A DNA stretch of 64,000 nt from Candidatus Marinacidobacterales bacterium (GTDB taxonomy: Bacteria > Acidobacteriota > Vicinamibacteria > Marinacidobacterales > SMYC01). The notes beneath the pieces were generated by a model, which was not told the DNA's origin, searched no databases, and saw nothing but the letters and a program-made list of their open reading frames with translations. Each line of letters opens with the position of its first letter. Position 1 is the first letter of the stretch. The DNA lies in NCBI GenBank assembly GCA_965224085.1, contig CBDCYI010000011.1:64001-128000 (forward strand), written 5' to 3'. The translations under genes and the position numbers were made by a program. Shown one piece after another: positions 1-10,039 of the stretch.

Positions 1-577
1 GCCGTCGGCTCGAGGGGAACGACGCTATCGATGCGCGAATGGATGGCGTAGAGCGGCAGCTTGGCGAAGACGCGGAGCTTGTCCTCAGGGACGTTGCGCG
101 GCGCTCCTGCCATCGGCACGGCGGCGGTGAAGCGGTCGGGATGTTTGCTCGCGATAGTCCACGTACCCATGCCGCCCATGCTGTAGCCGGTGAGCACGAT
201 CCGTTCTGGGTCGACGCGGTAGCTCTTGGTGAGAACGTCGAGAAGGTCGAGAAGGTCGAGAACCGCCCGCTCGCTATCCGGGCTGGTCCACCCCTGGCCC
301 GGACTGTCCGGGGCGGCGATGATGGCGCCGAGCTCGCGCAAGCCCGGTCGACGAGCTCGGTCAAGATCCCGCGGCCGAAATGCGCGCGATTCTCGCCGGC
401 AAAGTGGAGTGCTACAACGAGCGGCCGAGGCTCGTCCGGGTCGAAGCCCTCGGGAATGGAGAGAGAGTAAAGGACCGGAGCGCTTGTCCCGGCCTGTCCG
501 GGGGCTTTTTCTCGCTCCAGCGTGAGGTCGTAGATTCCGGGAGTCGTGGCGAGCTGCAGCGCCATCAAGAGGCACAT
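1..577 (-). CDS. Alpha/beta-hydrolase (esterase-like), frameshifted near 345, runs off the window start
   Basis: Manual minus-strand translation: MCLLMALQLATTPG..YSLSIPEGFDPDEPRPLVVALHFAG, then after a frame change ..YRVDPERIVLTGYSMGGMGTW..HPDRFTAAVPMAG (G-x-S-x-G nucleophile). The ATG overlaps the upstream stop (TAATG). Confidence 0.75.
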   Translation of the reverse strand, partial: MCLLMALQLATTPGIYDLTLEREKAPGQAGTSAPVLYSLSIPEGFDPDEPRPLVVALHFAGENRAHFGRGILTELVDRACASSAPSSPPRTVRARGGPARIASGRFSTFSTFSTFSPRATASTQNGSCSPATAWAAWVRGLSRANIPTASPPPCRWQERRATSLRTSSASSPSCRSTPSIRASIASFPSSRR

Positions 578-1065
578 TACTGCAAGCCGCCGCGAACCGA
601 CGTGATCCGATTCGTGTTGAATCCGAGCCAGTGCATCCGGCCGACATAGCGCGCGTGCTCGACCTTGATACAACGATCCATGATCACGGAAACACCGCCG
701 TCCTCGGCGATGCGCCCGCCTTCCTCGTTGATGACGGTGAACTGGCACCAGAGATTCTTCGCTTTCGCGGCCACGGTTTCTTCCGCGATAGCCGGAAGAG
801 CCGCCGGAGCGCGGAAGACGTTGACGACATCGATCGGGATGGGCACGTCCTTCAGGCTCGGATAGCTCGTCTCGCCGAGGATCTCCGACTCCCGCGGGTT
901 CACCGGGATGACTTTGTATCCGTGGCGCTTGAGATAAAAGCCGACGAAGAAGCTTGCGCGCAGCATGTTGGCCGAGAGCCCGACGACGGCCACCGTCTTT
1001 GAATTGTGGAGAACGTGCTGAATCGTTTCGGTGTTCTGGTAACGCGTGATGTCGAAGCCACTCAT
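577..1065 (-). CDS. CoA-binding protein (YccU-like)
   Basis: KTVAVVGLS, GYKVIPVNP, YPSLKDVP.PIDVVNVFR and MDRCIKVEH motifs; coupled to metY. Confidence 0.9.
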   Translation of the reverse strand: MSGFDITRYQNTETIQHVLHNSKTVAVVGLSANMLRASFFVGFYLKRHGYKVIPVNPRESEILGETSYPSLKDVPIPIDVVNVFRAPAALPAIAEETVAAKAKNLWCQFTVINEEGGRIAEDGGVSVIMDRCIKVEHARYVGRMHWLGFNTNRITSVRGGLQ

Positions 1066-2378
1066 GCGCCGACGACCTCCTTCGCTCGGGCTTTCTTAGC
1101 CGCCTCGAAGCCTTGGTCGAGATCCCAGAGCAAGTCGTCGAGGCTCTCGGTGCCCACCGAGAGCCTCACGGTGCCGGCGCGCACACCCGCGGCCTCGAGC
1201 TCTTCGTCGTTGAGCTGCCGGTGGGTCGTGCTCCCCGGGTGAATGATCAAGCTTTTGGAATCGCCGACATTAGCGAGGTGCGACCAGAGCGTGACGCCGC
1301 CGATGAAGCCTTGGCCCTCGACACGGCCGCCTTTCAAATCGAATGAGAAGACTGCGCCCGCGCCCTTCGGGAGATATTTGTCGACGAGCGGCTTGTAGCG
1401 GCTTCTCTCGAGCCCTGGAAAGGTGACGCGCTCGACCATTGGGTGAGCATCCAAATATTTCGCGATCGCGATCGCGTTCTCGACGTGCCGCTCCATCCGA
1501 AGGGACAAGGTCTCGAGACCTTGCAGGAACAAAAAGGCGTTGAAGGGGCTCATCGCCGCGCCGAGATCGCGCAGCGTTTCGGCACGGAGCTTCATGCAGT
1601 ATCCGTAGGTGCCGAAGGTCTCGTGAAAGGCGAGCCCGTGATAGGCGGGCGAAGGATCTGCGACGACGGGGTAGCGGCCGTTCGACCAGTTGAACTCGCC
1701 GGAATCCACGACAATGCCGCCAATGCTCGTGCCGTGGCCGCCGATGAACTTCGTTGCCGAGTGGACGACGATGTCGGCGCCCCATTCGATGGGGCAGCAT
1801 AGGTAGGGCGTTGCGAACGTGCTGTCCACCATGAGCGGCACGTCGTGCTCGTGAGCGATGGCCGCGATGGCTTCGATGTCGAGTACATTCCCGCCCGGGT
1901 TGCCGATCGTCTCGCCGTAGAGAAGCTTCGTGTTGTCCTTGACGGCGCCTTTCCACGCATCGAGATCATCGGGGTCGACCCAGCTGAGCTCGACGGACAT
2001 CTTGCGGAAATAGTGCTTGAGCTGATTGACGGTGCCGCCGTAGAGTGCTCTCGACGCGACGACGTGGTCGCCCGGCTCGAGCATCGTGAACAGCGCGGCC
2101 GCTTGAGCCGCGATGCCGCTAGCGAAGGCCACGGCACCACAGCCACCTTCGAGATTGGCGACGCGCTCTTCGAGAGCTGCGACCGTCGGGTTCATGATGC
2201 GGGAATAGGTGTTTCCGTATTCCTTGAGATTGAAATAAGCGGCCGCCGATTCCGGATCTTCGAAGACGTAGCTCGTCGTCTGAAAGATAGGGACGGCACG
2301 GGCGCCGGTATTGGGCTCTGGCCTTTGACCCGCATGGACTTGCCGGGTCTCGAAGCCGAAAGCGCGAGGTTCTTCCAT
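1062..2378 (-). CDS. metY: O-acetylhomoserine aminocarboxypropyltransferase (sulfhydrylase), PLP-dependent
   Basis: FETRQVHAGQ, YSRIMNPT, HSATKFIGGHG (PLP lysine), HLANVGD. Confidence 0.93.
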   Translation of the reverse strand: MEEPRAFGFETRQVHAGQRPEPNTGARAVPIFQTTSYVFEDPESAAAYFNLKEYGNTYSRIMNPTVAALEERVANLEGGCGAVAFASGIAAQAAALFTMLEPGDHVVASRALYGGTVNQLKHYFRKMSVELSWVDPDDLDAWKGAVKDNTKLLYGETIGNPGGNVLDIEAIAAIAHEHDVPLMVDSTFATPYLCCPIEWGADIVVHSATKFIGGHGTSIGGIVVDSGEFNWSNGRYPVVADPSPAYHGLAFHETFGTYGYCMKLRAETLRDLGAAMSPFNAFLFLQGLETLSLRMERHVENAIAIAKYLDAHPMVERVTFPGLERSRYKPLVDKYLPKGAGAVFSFDLKGGRVEGQGFIGGVTLWSHLANVGDSKSLIIHPGSTTHRQLNDEELEAAGVRAGTVRLSVGTESLDDLLWDLDQGFEAAKKARAKEVVGA

Positions 2379-2391
2379 GGTGATACGCCTC

Positions 2392-3624
2392 CTATTGGCG
2401 AGCGAGAAAATCTCGGATCATCGGCGTCTGCCGCGCCTCTTCGAGCAGGAAGCAATCGTGCCCGTACGGTGCGTCGATGACGTGCAGCTCGACGTCTTTG
2501 TCGTTTGCCGTGAGAGCGGTGGCGAGTGCCTCTGAGTTCTCTGGCGGGTAGAGCCAATCCGAGCTGAAGCAGATGAGAAGTGTCTTGGCCTGAACCCCGG
2601 CTACGGCACGTTCCAGGCTGCCTTCGCCGTATTGTCGTGCCAGATCGAAATAGGTCAGGGCTCGAGACGTGTAGACGTAGGTATTGGCGTCGAACCGCTT
2701 GACGAACTTGTCGGCTTGGTGGCGAAGATAGCTCTCCACCTCGAAATCGGGAGAGGTCAAGCTATAGGAAACCTCGTCCTTGTCCTGGAGGCGTCTCCCG
2801 AACTTCTCCTTCATGGAGGCAGCGGAGAGATAAGTAATGTGACCCACCATCCGCGCTAGAGCCATACCCGTTCGGGGCTCGCGGCCGGTCCTATAATAAT
2901 GACCGTCTTGCCAGTCGGGGTCGGTGACGATGGCGTTGCGAGCGATGGCGTTCCACGCGACACCTTGGGCGTTCAGCGCGTGCGTGCTCGCGATGGGTAT
3001 GATGGCTCGGACGGCATCGGGATACAGAATGGCCCACTCGAGGGCCTGCATCCCGCCAAGCGAGCCCCCGGAGACGGCAAAAAGCTCGTGGATATCGAGC
3101 TCTTTTAAAAGACCGCGCTGTGCGCGGACCATATCGGCGACGGTGATGACGGGAAAGTCGGATCCGTAGGGCTTGGCATTCTTAGTCTCAGTCCCAGTGG
3201 CAGTCTCAGTGGCCGGGTTTTTGGACGACGGTCCTGTAGAGCCGCGGCAGCCGCCGATGAGATTCGTGCTCACAACGTAGTACTTTTCGGTGTCGAAGGC
3301 TTTGCCGGGACCGATCATGCCGTCCCACCAACCCAGGCCTGCTTTTTTCGAAGCGTCCCGCTCATCGGCGCGGAAGCCGTCGCGAGTACTCTCGCCCGTC
3401 GGCCGCGCCGCGTAGCCAGCTGCGTGGGCGTCGCCGCTCAGAGCGTGGCAGACGAGGATGACGTTGTCTTTGCTCGGCGAAAGGGTGCCGTAGGTTTCAT
3501 AAGCGATCCGAACCGGGGAGAGCTCGCTCCCGCAATCCAGTGCGAGTGGTTCGCGTAGCTCGAGGTGCTGGGTCTCGACCATACCGACGGCACCGTCCTC
3601 CGGCCTCACCGTGGGTTTCGTCAT
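2392..3624 (-). CDS. metX: Homoserine O-acetyltransferase
   Basis: CHALSGDAH, GWWDGMIGPG, GGSLGGMQ, RFDAN, YGHDCFLLE. Start chosen at ATG 3624, 7 nt after a TATGAT -10 box (ORF track start is 3636). Confidence 0.93.
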   Translation of the reverse strand: MTKPTVRPEDGAVGMVETQHLELREPLALDCGSELSPVRIAYETYGTLSPSKDNVILVCHALSGDAHAAGYAARPTGESTRDGFRADERDASKKAGLGWWDGMIGPGKAFDTEKYYVVSTNLIGGCRGSTGPSSKNPATETATGTETKNAKPYGSDFPVITVADMVRAQRGLLKELDIHELFAVSGGSLGGMQALEWAILYPDAVRAIIPIASTHALNAQGVAWNAIARNAIVTDPDWQDGHYYRTGREPRTGMALARMVGHITYLSAASMKEKFGRRLQDKDEVSYSLTSPDFEVESYLRHQADKFVKRFDANTYVYTSRALTYFDLARQYGEGSLERAVAGVQAKTLLICFSSDWLYPPENSEALATALTANDKDVELHVIDAPYGHDCFLLEEARQTPMIRDFLARQ

Positions 3625-3637
3625 GGGTTGCATCATA
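3625..3637 (-). promoter_or_regulatory. Putative -10 box (TATGAT) of a leaderless metX transcript
   Basis: Minus strand reads TATGAT-gcaaccc-ATG with no Shine-Dalgarno. Confidence 0.5.
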
Positions 3638-3992
3638 CATCTATCTGGCCTCGTCAGAGGCCTTGAGGGATCTGTCTGAGATCTTATGCCTATCTACACG
3701 AAGCGTTAACTGCGTGGCGGAGGAGGAGCTCTTCCAACCATCTCGGGCGGTTGGCCCCTGATTAACCTCGCTTCCTGAGCGGAGAAAAAAGCTGCGCCGG
3801 GCAACGTTGACGCGGTGGGGCCAGTGCCGGTCGGCTCGGCATTCGGGCGGAAGAACGTCATTTCTCGCCTCTTTCTTTGGCAGCTCGAATTTTTCCGAAA
3901 AAATGGATTCCCCATGATCCATTTCGATTCCTGATTGCGGTTGTTTATTCGACGGTTGTTCTGGCTGTAACAACCGAAAAAGTCGTTATTAA

Positions 3993-4089
3993 TTAACCCT
4001 AATCGCAAAATCTTCGAAGCACGAAAACGCGAAACAGCCGCACTGGGCGCAGGCGAGAAGCTCGTGCTGGGGCACCCGCTCGCCGCCAC
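3993..4089 (+). repeat. 97-bp dispersed repeat, copy 1 (probable orphan IS end or MITE-like element)
   Basis: Identical by eye to the reverse complement of 45952-46048; begins TTAA-CCCTAATCGCAAAATC. Confidence 0.9.
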
Positions 4090-4755
4090 TATAGAGGCGC
4101 AGGAATCACACTGGGGTGTCACCATGAGTTTCGTGCCTCGGTGGAAGTCGACCCCGGAGCTCTACGAGCTCCTGTACGACGACGCGGATCTCGATGCGCA
4201 CGGCAAGGAGTTCCGCATTGGCGTGGCACGTGGGAGGGACCTCGGCGGTGACTGGAGCGTCACGTTCGTCCGAAACTGGTTCTCCTCAGACCAGGTGTTC
4301 GATGATACTTTCGAGCAGACCGTCTTCCTCCCACCAGACTTTATGACCTCTGAAACCGTCACTGAAGGCAGCATCTTCACTATCCCTGGCGACATCGAGG
4401 TCTTGGGTGTCAAGTATGAGAGGTTCACGCCGTTCGTGACCATCCGGGACCGCGTCCAGATCGGTATCACCTACGGTGCTGGTATCGGCTCACTGAGTGG
4501 CACCGTCATCGAGCAACGGTTCGAGGCTTTCGACCTGACACGGGAGAGCCGATTATCCCACCTACCGAGACGATCATCGAAAGAGACATCAAAGAGTTCT
4601 ATGCCCTTGACTTCGTGCCGATCGGCAGCGTCGAGGCAGCTGTGGCCTTTGTGCTTGCACCAGGATTGAAGGCGCGGGTAACGGGTGGCTTCAACTACCC
4701 GAACACCCAGGTCTTCTCCTTTACGGTCAACTACTTGTTCGGAGCCTCGCGATGA
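4090..4755 (+). pseudogene. Probable outer-membrane beta-barrel protein, 5'-truncated, frameshift near 4550
   Basis: Alternating beta-strand pattern; the shifted frame ends ..GLKARVTGGFNYPNTQVFSFTVNYLFGASR*; the signal-peptide region is replaced by the 97-bp repeat. Confidence 0.55.
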
Positions 4756-4864
4756 GACGACCAGCCCGAGCCACGGCGGGGCGACGCTTGTCGCGAAGGC
4801 GCCCCGGCGTGCGGGCTGCCAGCGTCGGAGCCGGACGTCAGCAAATGTCCAGATCTATCTTGCC

Positions 4865-5540
4865 CCGCCCGGAGGCCTGTTCTCGCGGAGGTTGTGCCGG
4901 GCCCCGAGAACGGCCGCGTGCAGGTGAACCCCGACGGCACCATGGACGTGACGTGGAAGCTTCGTGAGGGCATTCTGTGGCACGACGGCACGCCGCACAC
5001 TTCTGCGGACGTCTCCTTCACCGTCGCAGCCATCAACGATCCGAGCTACAACCCCGAATCGACCGAAGGCTTCGATCTCATCGACTCCGTCGCCCCCCTG
5101 ACGCGTTCACGGCCGTCGTCAAGTATCGCGAGATCTATGCCGCCTATCAGGATCAGTTCTGGCGCGGCACGCTTCCGAAGCACGTTCTCGCCGGGAAGGA
5201 CTTGAACGCGTTTCCCGAATATGACCGCAACCCGCTCGGAACAGGCCCATATCGTGCGAAAGAGTGGAAGACCGGAGAGTATTTGCTGCTCGAGCGTCAC
5301 GAAGATTATTGGCGCGGGCCGGCCGCGATCATCCACTTCGCCCCGCCGTTAGCCGCTATCGAGGCCGGCGGTCAATGGAATACCTACGAGATCACGGCTT
5401 TCGGCTCTCACATCGTCGTCCATCTGAACGACACGCTGGTAGTCGACCTCGAGGACGAGAGCTACTCCGCGAGGCCCATTGCTTTGCAGAACAACGGTGG
5501 TTTCATTCGATTTCGCAACGTGCAAGTGAAGCTGCTTTGA
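4865..5540 (+). pseudogene. Chimeric remnant: family-5 peptide ABC substrate-binding fragment joined to the C-terminus of a DUF1080 (3-keto-disaccharide hydrolase) protein
   Basis: WKLREGILWHDGTPHTSADV..PLGTGPY..YWRG, then AGGQWNTYEITA.GSHIVVHLND..IALQ..IRFRNVQVK*; frameshift near 5097. Confidence 0.7.
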
Positions 5541-7040
5541 CTATCCTCGCGAGCGCGGCTCGAGCAGGATCTCTCCGAGGATGAGCGCTTCGGCAAAGTT
5601 CTGACGTGTCCATCCCTTGGACGGCGTCGTTGGTTGAGCGGCGCGCTTGGCCCGCCGCTTCGGGACGCTCTTCTGACTCAGCGATTGGTAGAGGCTCGCG
5701 TGGATCGTGACGAGGGCGTCGGGAGACTCGAGGGCCGCGTCGATGGCGCCGGCGACGATGGCTCGCGCGGAGCCACGTGCTTGCTCTCCAGCCGAAAGCG
5801 CCACTTTGGCGTCGCCGGCGTCTTGCGCACGGATATTCCAATCGGAAAGTCCTGGCACATATTCGAGCCGTGTGCCTCCAAGAGATGGGAGCGACGCTTG
5901 GAACAATTGGTCGACGAGGTTCGCGGCTGCCTCGAGAACGGGCGCTGCCGGAAGCTGTGACGTGGAGCCCAAGAAGCCGAGCCTCGACGGTTCGCCGTGG
6001 CTCGCGTCCCACGCGTCGCGGACGTCCGTGGCTTCGTGGTCGTAGCCCATGCGCAAGACCCATTGCGCCGTCACGTGGACGCGAGCGTGCGGCGGAGGCT
6101 CGGCGTGGATGCTGCCATCTGTGTTGAGATGGATGGAGGTCACGCTGGCCGGCGCGTCGGGTCGAGCGTAGAGCCGCGCGAGGGCACGAAGATAGGCAGG
6201 GCCGAAGAAAAGAGCGCCGACCGCATCGGCGAGGATGCGATGGAGCCACGACGCGAAGAGAACCCCCGTGATGGCGGTGGCGTCGGCGCCGATGCGCGCT
6301 TCGTTCGAGCCGAGCCCAAGCGCATCGTAGATATCTTGGTGGAGCTCGGGAGCGCTCCTCTCGATGTAGCGCGTTAGAGGGTCGGCGAAGAGCGCCCAGT
6401 GAGAAGGGTCCGCCATCGCTGAGCGCGCCACGAACAGCGTGGACGGCGCGAGCGGGGAGGTGCGCAGCCGATCGTCTCCCGCGACGTCCCAGACGACCGC
6501 GACCGGGGGTGCGAGACTTCCGTCCGCTTTTTTGGCCTCGTAGAAATCTGCGACGAGACGATCGGCGATGAGGCCCGGCCCTTGAATCTCGCGCCGGGCC
6601 CGGATCGTCGAATGCATACGCCCTGCCCGCAGCAAGTCGCGATGGAACGCGACCGAAGCGTTCGCTTGCAGCAACGCGGCTGTTCGGTTCGCCGATGTCT
6701 CGTCACCGAGATCGCGCCGAAGCGCCGAGGCTTCGTTGCGAAAGCGCTCGTCGTAAAAAGCGACTTGCGCCCGGACTTTCTCGTCGAGCTCGGGGAGGGT
6801 AGCTTCGATCTCTTTCTCGAGCTGTCCGAGAGCTTCGCTCGCACGCTCGCTCGGGCTGGCGGCCCGCACCGGAAGCGGAGGTGGAGCCTTCGGGAGCTCG
6901 GTGCGCGCGCGCACGGGCTCGGGGGGCGGGTGTGGCGGCGGTGGTTGGGATTTCGCCTTCGTTTTCTTAGCGGCCGCTAGCGCTTGCGAGACGAGCCAAT
7001 AGAGGAAGAGCGCGACGTAGAAATAGTCTCCGGAATCCAT
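5541..7040 (-). CDS. Membrane-anchored protein of the floA operon (YqfB-like ends, central zincin-like segment)
   Basis: N-terminal TM plus K/P-rich linker; ILADAVGALFFGPAY and EPPPHARV in the middle; C-terminal AEALILGEIL..P. Confidence 0.6.
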   Translation of the reverse strand: MDSGDYFYVALFLYWLVSQALAAAKKTKAKSQPPPPHPPPEPVRARTELPKAPPPLPVRAASPSERASEALGQLEKEIEATLPELDEKVRAQVAFYDERFRNEASALRRDLGDETSANRTAALLQANASVAFHRDLLRAGRMHSTIRARREIQGPGLIADRLVADFYEAKKADGSLAPPVAVVWDVAGDDRLRTSPLAPSTLFVARSAMADPSHWALFADPLTRYIERSAPELHQDIYDALGLGSNEARIGADATAITGVLFASWLHRILADAVGALFFGPAYLRALARLYARPDAPASVTSIHLNTDGSIHAEPPPHARVHVTAQWVLRMGYDHEATDVRDAWDASHGEPSRLGFLGSTSQLPAAPVLEAAANLVDQLFQASLPSLGGTRLEYVPGLSDWNIRAQDAGDAKVALSAGEQARGSARAIVAGAIDAALESPDALVTIHASLYQSLSQKSVPKRRAKRAAQPTTPSKGWTRQNFAEALILGEILLEPRSRG

Positions 7041-7046
7041 CGGTAG

Positions 7047-7170
7047 CTACCTCTTCGATCGCGGCAAGCGCGGCGGCTTCCGTCCCTTCGGCGGAGCGAG
7101 TGCTACGGCGAGAACGAGCCGATCGCGGAGCCGCTTCGGTTTCCGAAACAGCTCCGCGAGGCGGAGCTTC
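7047..7170 (-). pseudogene. C-terminal remnant of a second YqfB-like gene
   Basis: [30 protein letters not shown] with no start codon, immediately after the floA stop. Confidence 0.4.
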
Positions 7171-8157
7171 TTACGTTTCGTCGCCACTCGAGCCCTCGTC
7201 TTCCGAATCAGCCGAGCGCGAGATAGAGTCGCGCATCTTGGTGTCGGAGACGACGTTCTTCATGTTGTAGTAATCCATGACCCCGAGATGACCGTCGCGA
7301 AACGCTTGCGACATCGCGAGCGGCACTTCTGCTTCGGCCTCGACGACTTTGGCGCGCATCTCGTGGACGCGCGCTCTCATTTCTTGTTCCTGAGCGACCG
7401 CCATCGCGCGACGGCCCTCGGCCTTGGCTTGCGCGATCTGTTTGTCGGCTTCGGCCTGCTCGGTCTGGAGCTTGGCGCCGATATTGGCGCCTACGTCGAC
7501 ATCGGCGATGTCGATGGAAAGGATCTCGAACGCGGTTCCGGCGTCGAGACCCTTCGACAACACGGTCTTCGAGATCGTGTCCGGGTTCTCGAGCACGGCT
7601 TTGTGAGACACCGACGAGCCGATGGTCGACACGACGCCTTCTCCGACGCGTGCGACGATGGTCTCTTCGCCAGCGCCGCCGACGAGGCGATCGATGTCGG
7701 CGCGCACGGTGACGCGGCTCAAAGCGACGAGCTGAATGCCGTCTTTCGCGACCGCGGCGACTTTGGGCGTCGTGATGACTTTCGGGTTGACGCTCATCTG
7801 AACGGCTTCGAGCACGTTACGTCCGGCGAGATCGATGGCGGTAGCTTGCGAGAACGTGAGCTTGATGTTGGCTTTGTCCGCGGAAATGAGGGCGTTCACG
7901 ACGCGATCGACATTGCCACCGGCGAGGAAGTGAGCTTCGAGCTGATCCACACTCAAGTCGAGGCCGGCTTTGACAGCGCTGATGCGCGGTTTGACGATCA
8001 TCGATGGAGACACGCGGCGCAGTCGCATCGCGATGAGTGTGCCGATGCCGACATAGGCGCCGGATGAAAAGGCCGCAATCCACAATCCGAGCGGTACGAA
8101 GTACAAGATGAATCCCATGCCGACGAGAATCAGCAGGGCAAGGGCAGTGAATCCCAT
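7171..8157 (-). CDS. floA: Flotillin-like protein FloA (YqfA)
   Basis: [62 protein letters not shown]. Confidence 0.95.
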   Translation of the reverse strand: MGFTALALLILVGMGFILYFVPLGLWIAAFSSGAYVGIGTLIAMRLRRVSPSMIVKPRISAVKAGLDLSVDQLEAHFLAGGNVDRVVNALISADKANIKLTFSQATAIDLAGRNVLEAVQMSVNPKVITTPKVAAVAKDGIQLVALSRVTVRADIDRLVGGAGEETIVARVGEGVVSTIGSSVSHKAVLENPDTISKTVLSKGLDAGTAFEILSIDIADVDVGANIGAKLQTEQAEADKQIAQAKAEGRRAMAVAQEQEMRARVHEMRAKVVEAEAEVPLAMSQAFRDGHLGVMDYYNMKNVVSDTKMRDSISRSADSEDEGSSGDET

Positions 8158-8171
8158 GAACTAACCTCCTT

Positions 8172-8660
8172 TTAAGTAGGCAACGCGTTCTCCGACGCTG
8201 CCGCTTCGACTACGATGCGGGAGCCCCGGACCTCGGTTATGACGACACGCGTATGCGTGTCGATGAACTCGCCTTCGGTGACGACGCTTTGACGGTCTTC
8301 GCCAAATCGGGCTACGCCGGCGGGTCTCAGATCGGACTCAGTGACGCCAACGTCTCCGGGCTCGAGTGTCGTCTCGGCCGCTTTGGCAGTTGCCAGTGTC
8401 GACGAGTGTACGACATCCTTGCCAAAACGGGTTTTTGGAAGCCACCACATCGCGACGGTTACGGAGCTCAGTACGAGCACGATCGTGAACGTCCCCAAAG
8501 CGGCGTCGAACTGCTGATAGGCGAGATAGCAACCCGCCCCGAGACTGATGAGGCCGGCAATTCCCGGGACCCCGAAGCCAGGGATGACGAACGCCTCGAC
8601 GGCCAACAAGAGATAGCCGGTGACGAGAAGTGCGATGACGGTCAGAGTCGGATCGCTCAA
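8172..8660 (-). CDS. Short NfeD-family protein (TM plus OB-fold)
   Basis: EAFVIPGFGVPG, G..ESDLRPAG, VVTEGEFI; TTG start overlaps the upstream TGA. Confidence 0.85.
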   Translation of the reverse strand: MSDPTLTVIALLVTGYLLLAVEAFVIPGFGVPGIAGLISLGAGCYLAYQQFDAALGTFTIVLVLSSVTVAMWWLPKTRFGKDVVHSSTLATAKAAETTLEPGDVGVTESDLRPAGVARFGEDRQSVVTEGEFIDTHTRVVITEVRGSRIVVEAAASENALPT

Positions 8661-10039
8661 GCATCCTCGCGCACGACAGCATTTCCGGAGCGCCAAGCAA
8701 TGATCGTCACTCGGGCGCCGTTGCTGATGAAATCGCCTTCGGAGACGGCATCGATGCGCGCGCCGTCGATTTGGATCTTGCCCGCAGGGCGCAAGTCCGT
8801 AATGGCTTCGCCTGTGGTGCCGAGCGGAAAGCTTTCCTTCTCGTCTTCATCATGCGAGCTGAACCCGTCCTCGGCTTTGAGCGCTTTGTCTAACACCATG
8901 CGGCGCGCGGTACGCGTCGATGGCAGGAATCGCACGAGGAGAACGCCGGCGACTCCCGTGCCGACGATCGCTGTCGACACCGTGAAGAGTGCTTCATTGA
9001 GAAATCCCAGATCCCAGGACACGCGGAGATCGAGTGCTAAAAGCGACATGACGATGCCGGCGAACATCAAGGCAGCCCCGCTGATGCCGGCAATGCCGAA
9101 GCCGGGGATGACGAGAAGCTCGAGGAGCACGAGGACGCCGCCGAGCACGAAGAGAAGAAGCTCCTCCCAGCCAGCGAGCTGCGCGACGTGGTGGCCGAAG
9201 AAAAACGTGACGAGCGATAATGCGCCAAGAGCGCCGGGAAGCCCGAACCCCGGATGCTGGATCTCGACATAGATCCCGAGCATTCCGAGCATGAGCAAGA
9301 TCGAGGTCACTTGGGGGTCCGAGACGACGCGCGCCAGCGACTCGGCCCACGTGAGCGAGCGATCGAGAACGGTCGCGCCCGACAAGCCCAAAGCTTCGAG
9401 CGCGTCGTCCACCGTACCGGCTTCGTGGTCGGCGATCTCGAGCGCGAGTGCTTCTTCGGTGCTGAGAGTGAGCACTTTGCCTTTTTCGACGACCCCCTCG
9501 ATCTCGATCTCCCGATCCACCATGGCTTCGGCGACGTCGCCGCGACGCCCGCGCGTCTCGGCGGTGGTGCGCATCTCGGTGCGCATGTAGGACATCATCT
9601 TCTCGTCGACCGCGGTCGGCTCTTCCGTTTGGCCTCCGCTATAGATAGGTGTTGCGGCGCCGATGGAGCCTCCGGGAGCGATGACGATTTCTTCGCAAGC
9701 CAAGGAGATGAGAGCGCCAGCCGAGATCGCGCGCGGGTGGATGAACGCAACGGTGCGCACGGGCGATTCGAGAAGCGCGTCGCGGATGAGCACCGCCGCG
9801 TCCACGCGCCCGCCGAAAGTGTCGATGTCGAGGAGCACGACCGCGCCTTCGATCTCCAAGGCTTCGTCGACGACGCGCGAAACGAACGGTGCGAGCCCGT
9901 GATCGATCGTGCCTTCAACGGGGATCCGGAACACTGTCGGAGTTTCATCGCTTGGGACACCGAGGGCACGACCGAGCACAGCGTTGAGCACTAGAAGCAG
10001 CCAAACAGCTTCGAGGTGCGATCGAGGTTTCTTCGTCAC
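8657..10039 (-). CDS. Long NfeD/YqeZ-like ClpP-class membrane serine protease
   Basis: IDTFGGRVDAA, AISAGALISLA, IGAATP, EKMMSYMR, EIQHPGFG, TDLRPAGK; GTG start after AAAGGA. Confidence 0.9.
   Translation of the reverse strand: MTKKPRSHLEAVWLLLVLNAVLGRALGVPSDETPTVFRIPVEGTIDHGLAPFVSRVVDEALEIEGAVVLLDIDTFGGRVDAAVLIRDALLESPVRTVAFIHPRAISAGALISLACEEIVIAPGGSIGAATPIYSGGQTEEPTAVDEKMMSYMRTEMRTTAETRGRRGDVAEAMVDREIEIEGVVEKGKVLTLSTEEALALEIADHEAGTVDDALEALGLSGATVLDRSLTWAESLARVVSDPQVTSILLMLGMLGIYVEIQHPGFGLPGALGALSLVTFFFGHHVAQLAGWEELLLFVLGGVLVLLELLVIPGFGIAGISGAALMFAGIVMSLLALDLRVSWDLGFLNEALFTVSTAIVGTGVAGVLLVRFLPSTRTARRMVLDKALKAEDGFSSHDEDEKESFPLGTTGEAITDLRPAGKIQIDGARIDAVSEGDFISNGARVTIIAWRSGNAVVREDA

Noticed and set aside
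3640-3990. SAM/SAH riboswitch upstream of metX
   Set aside because: The SAM-I core elements could not be placed in order. metX looks leaderless, and the region has TTAA-CCT junctions more like IS scars. An Rfam scan would settle it.
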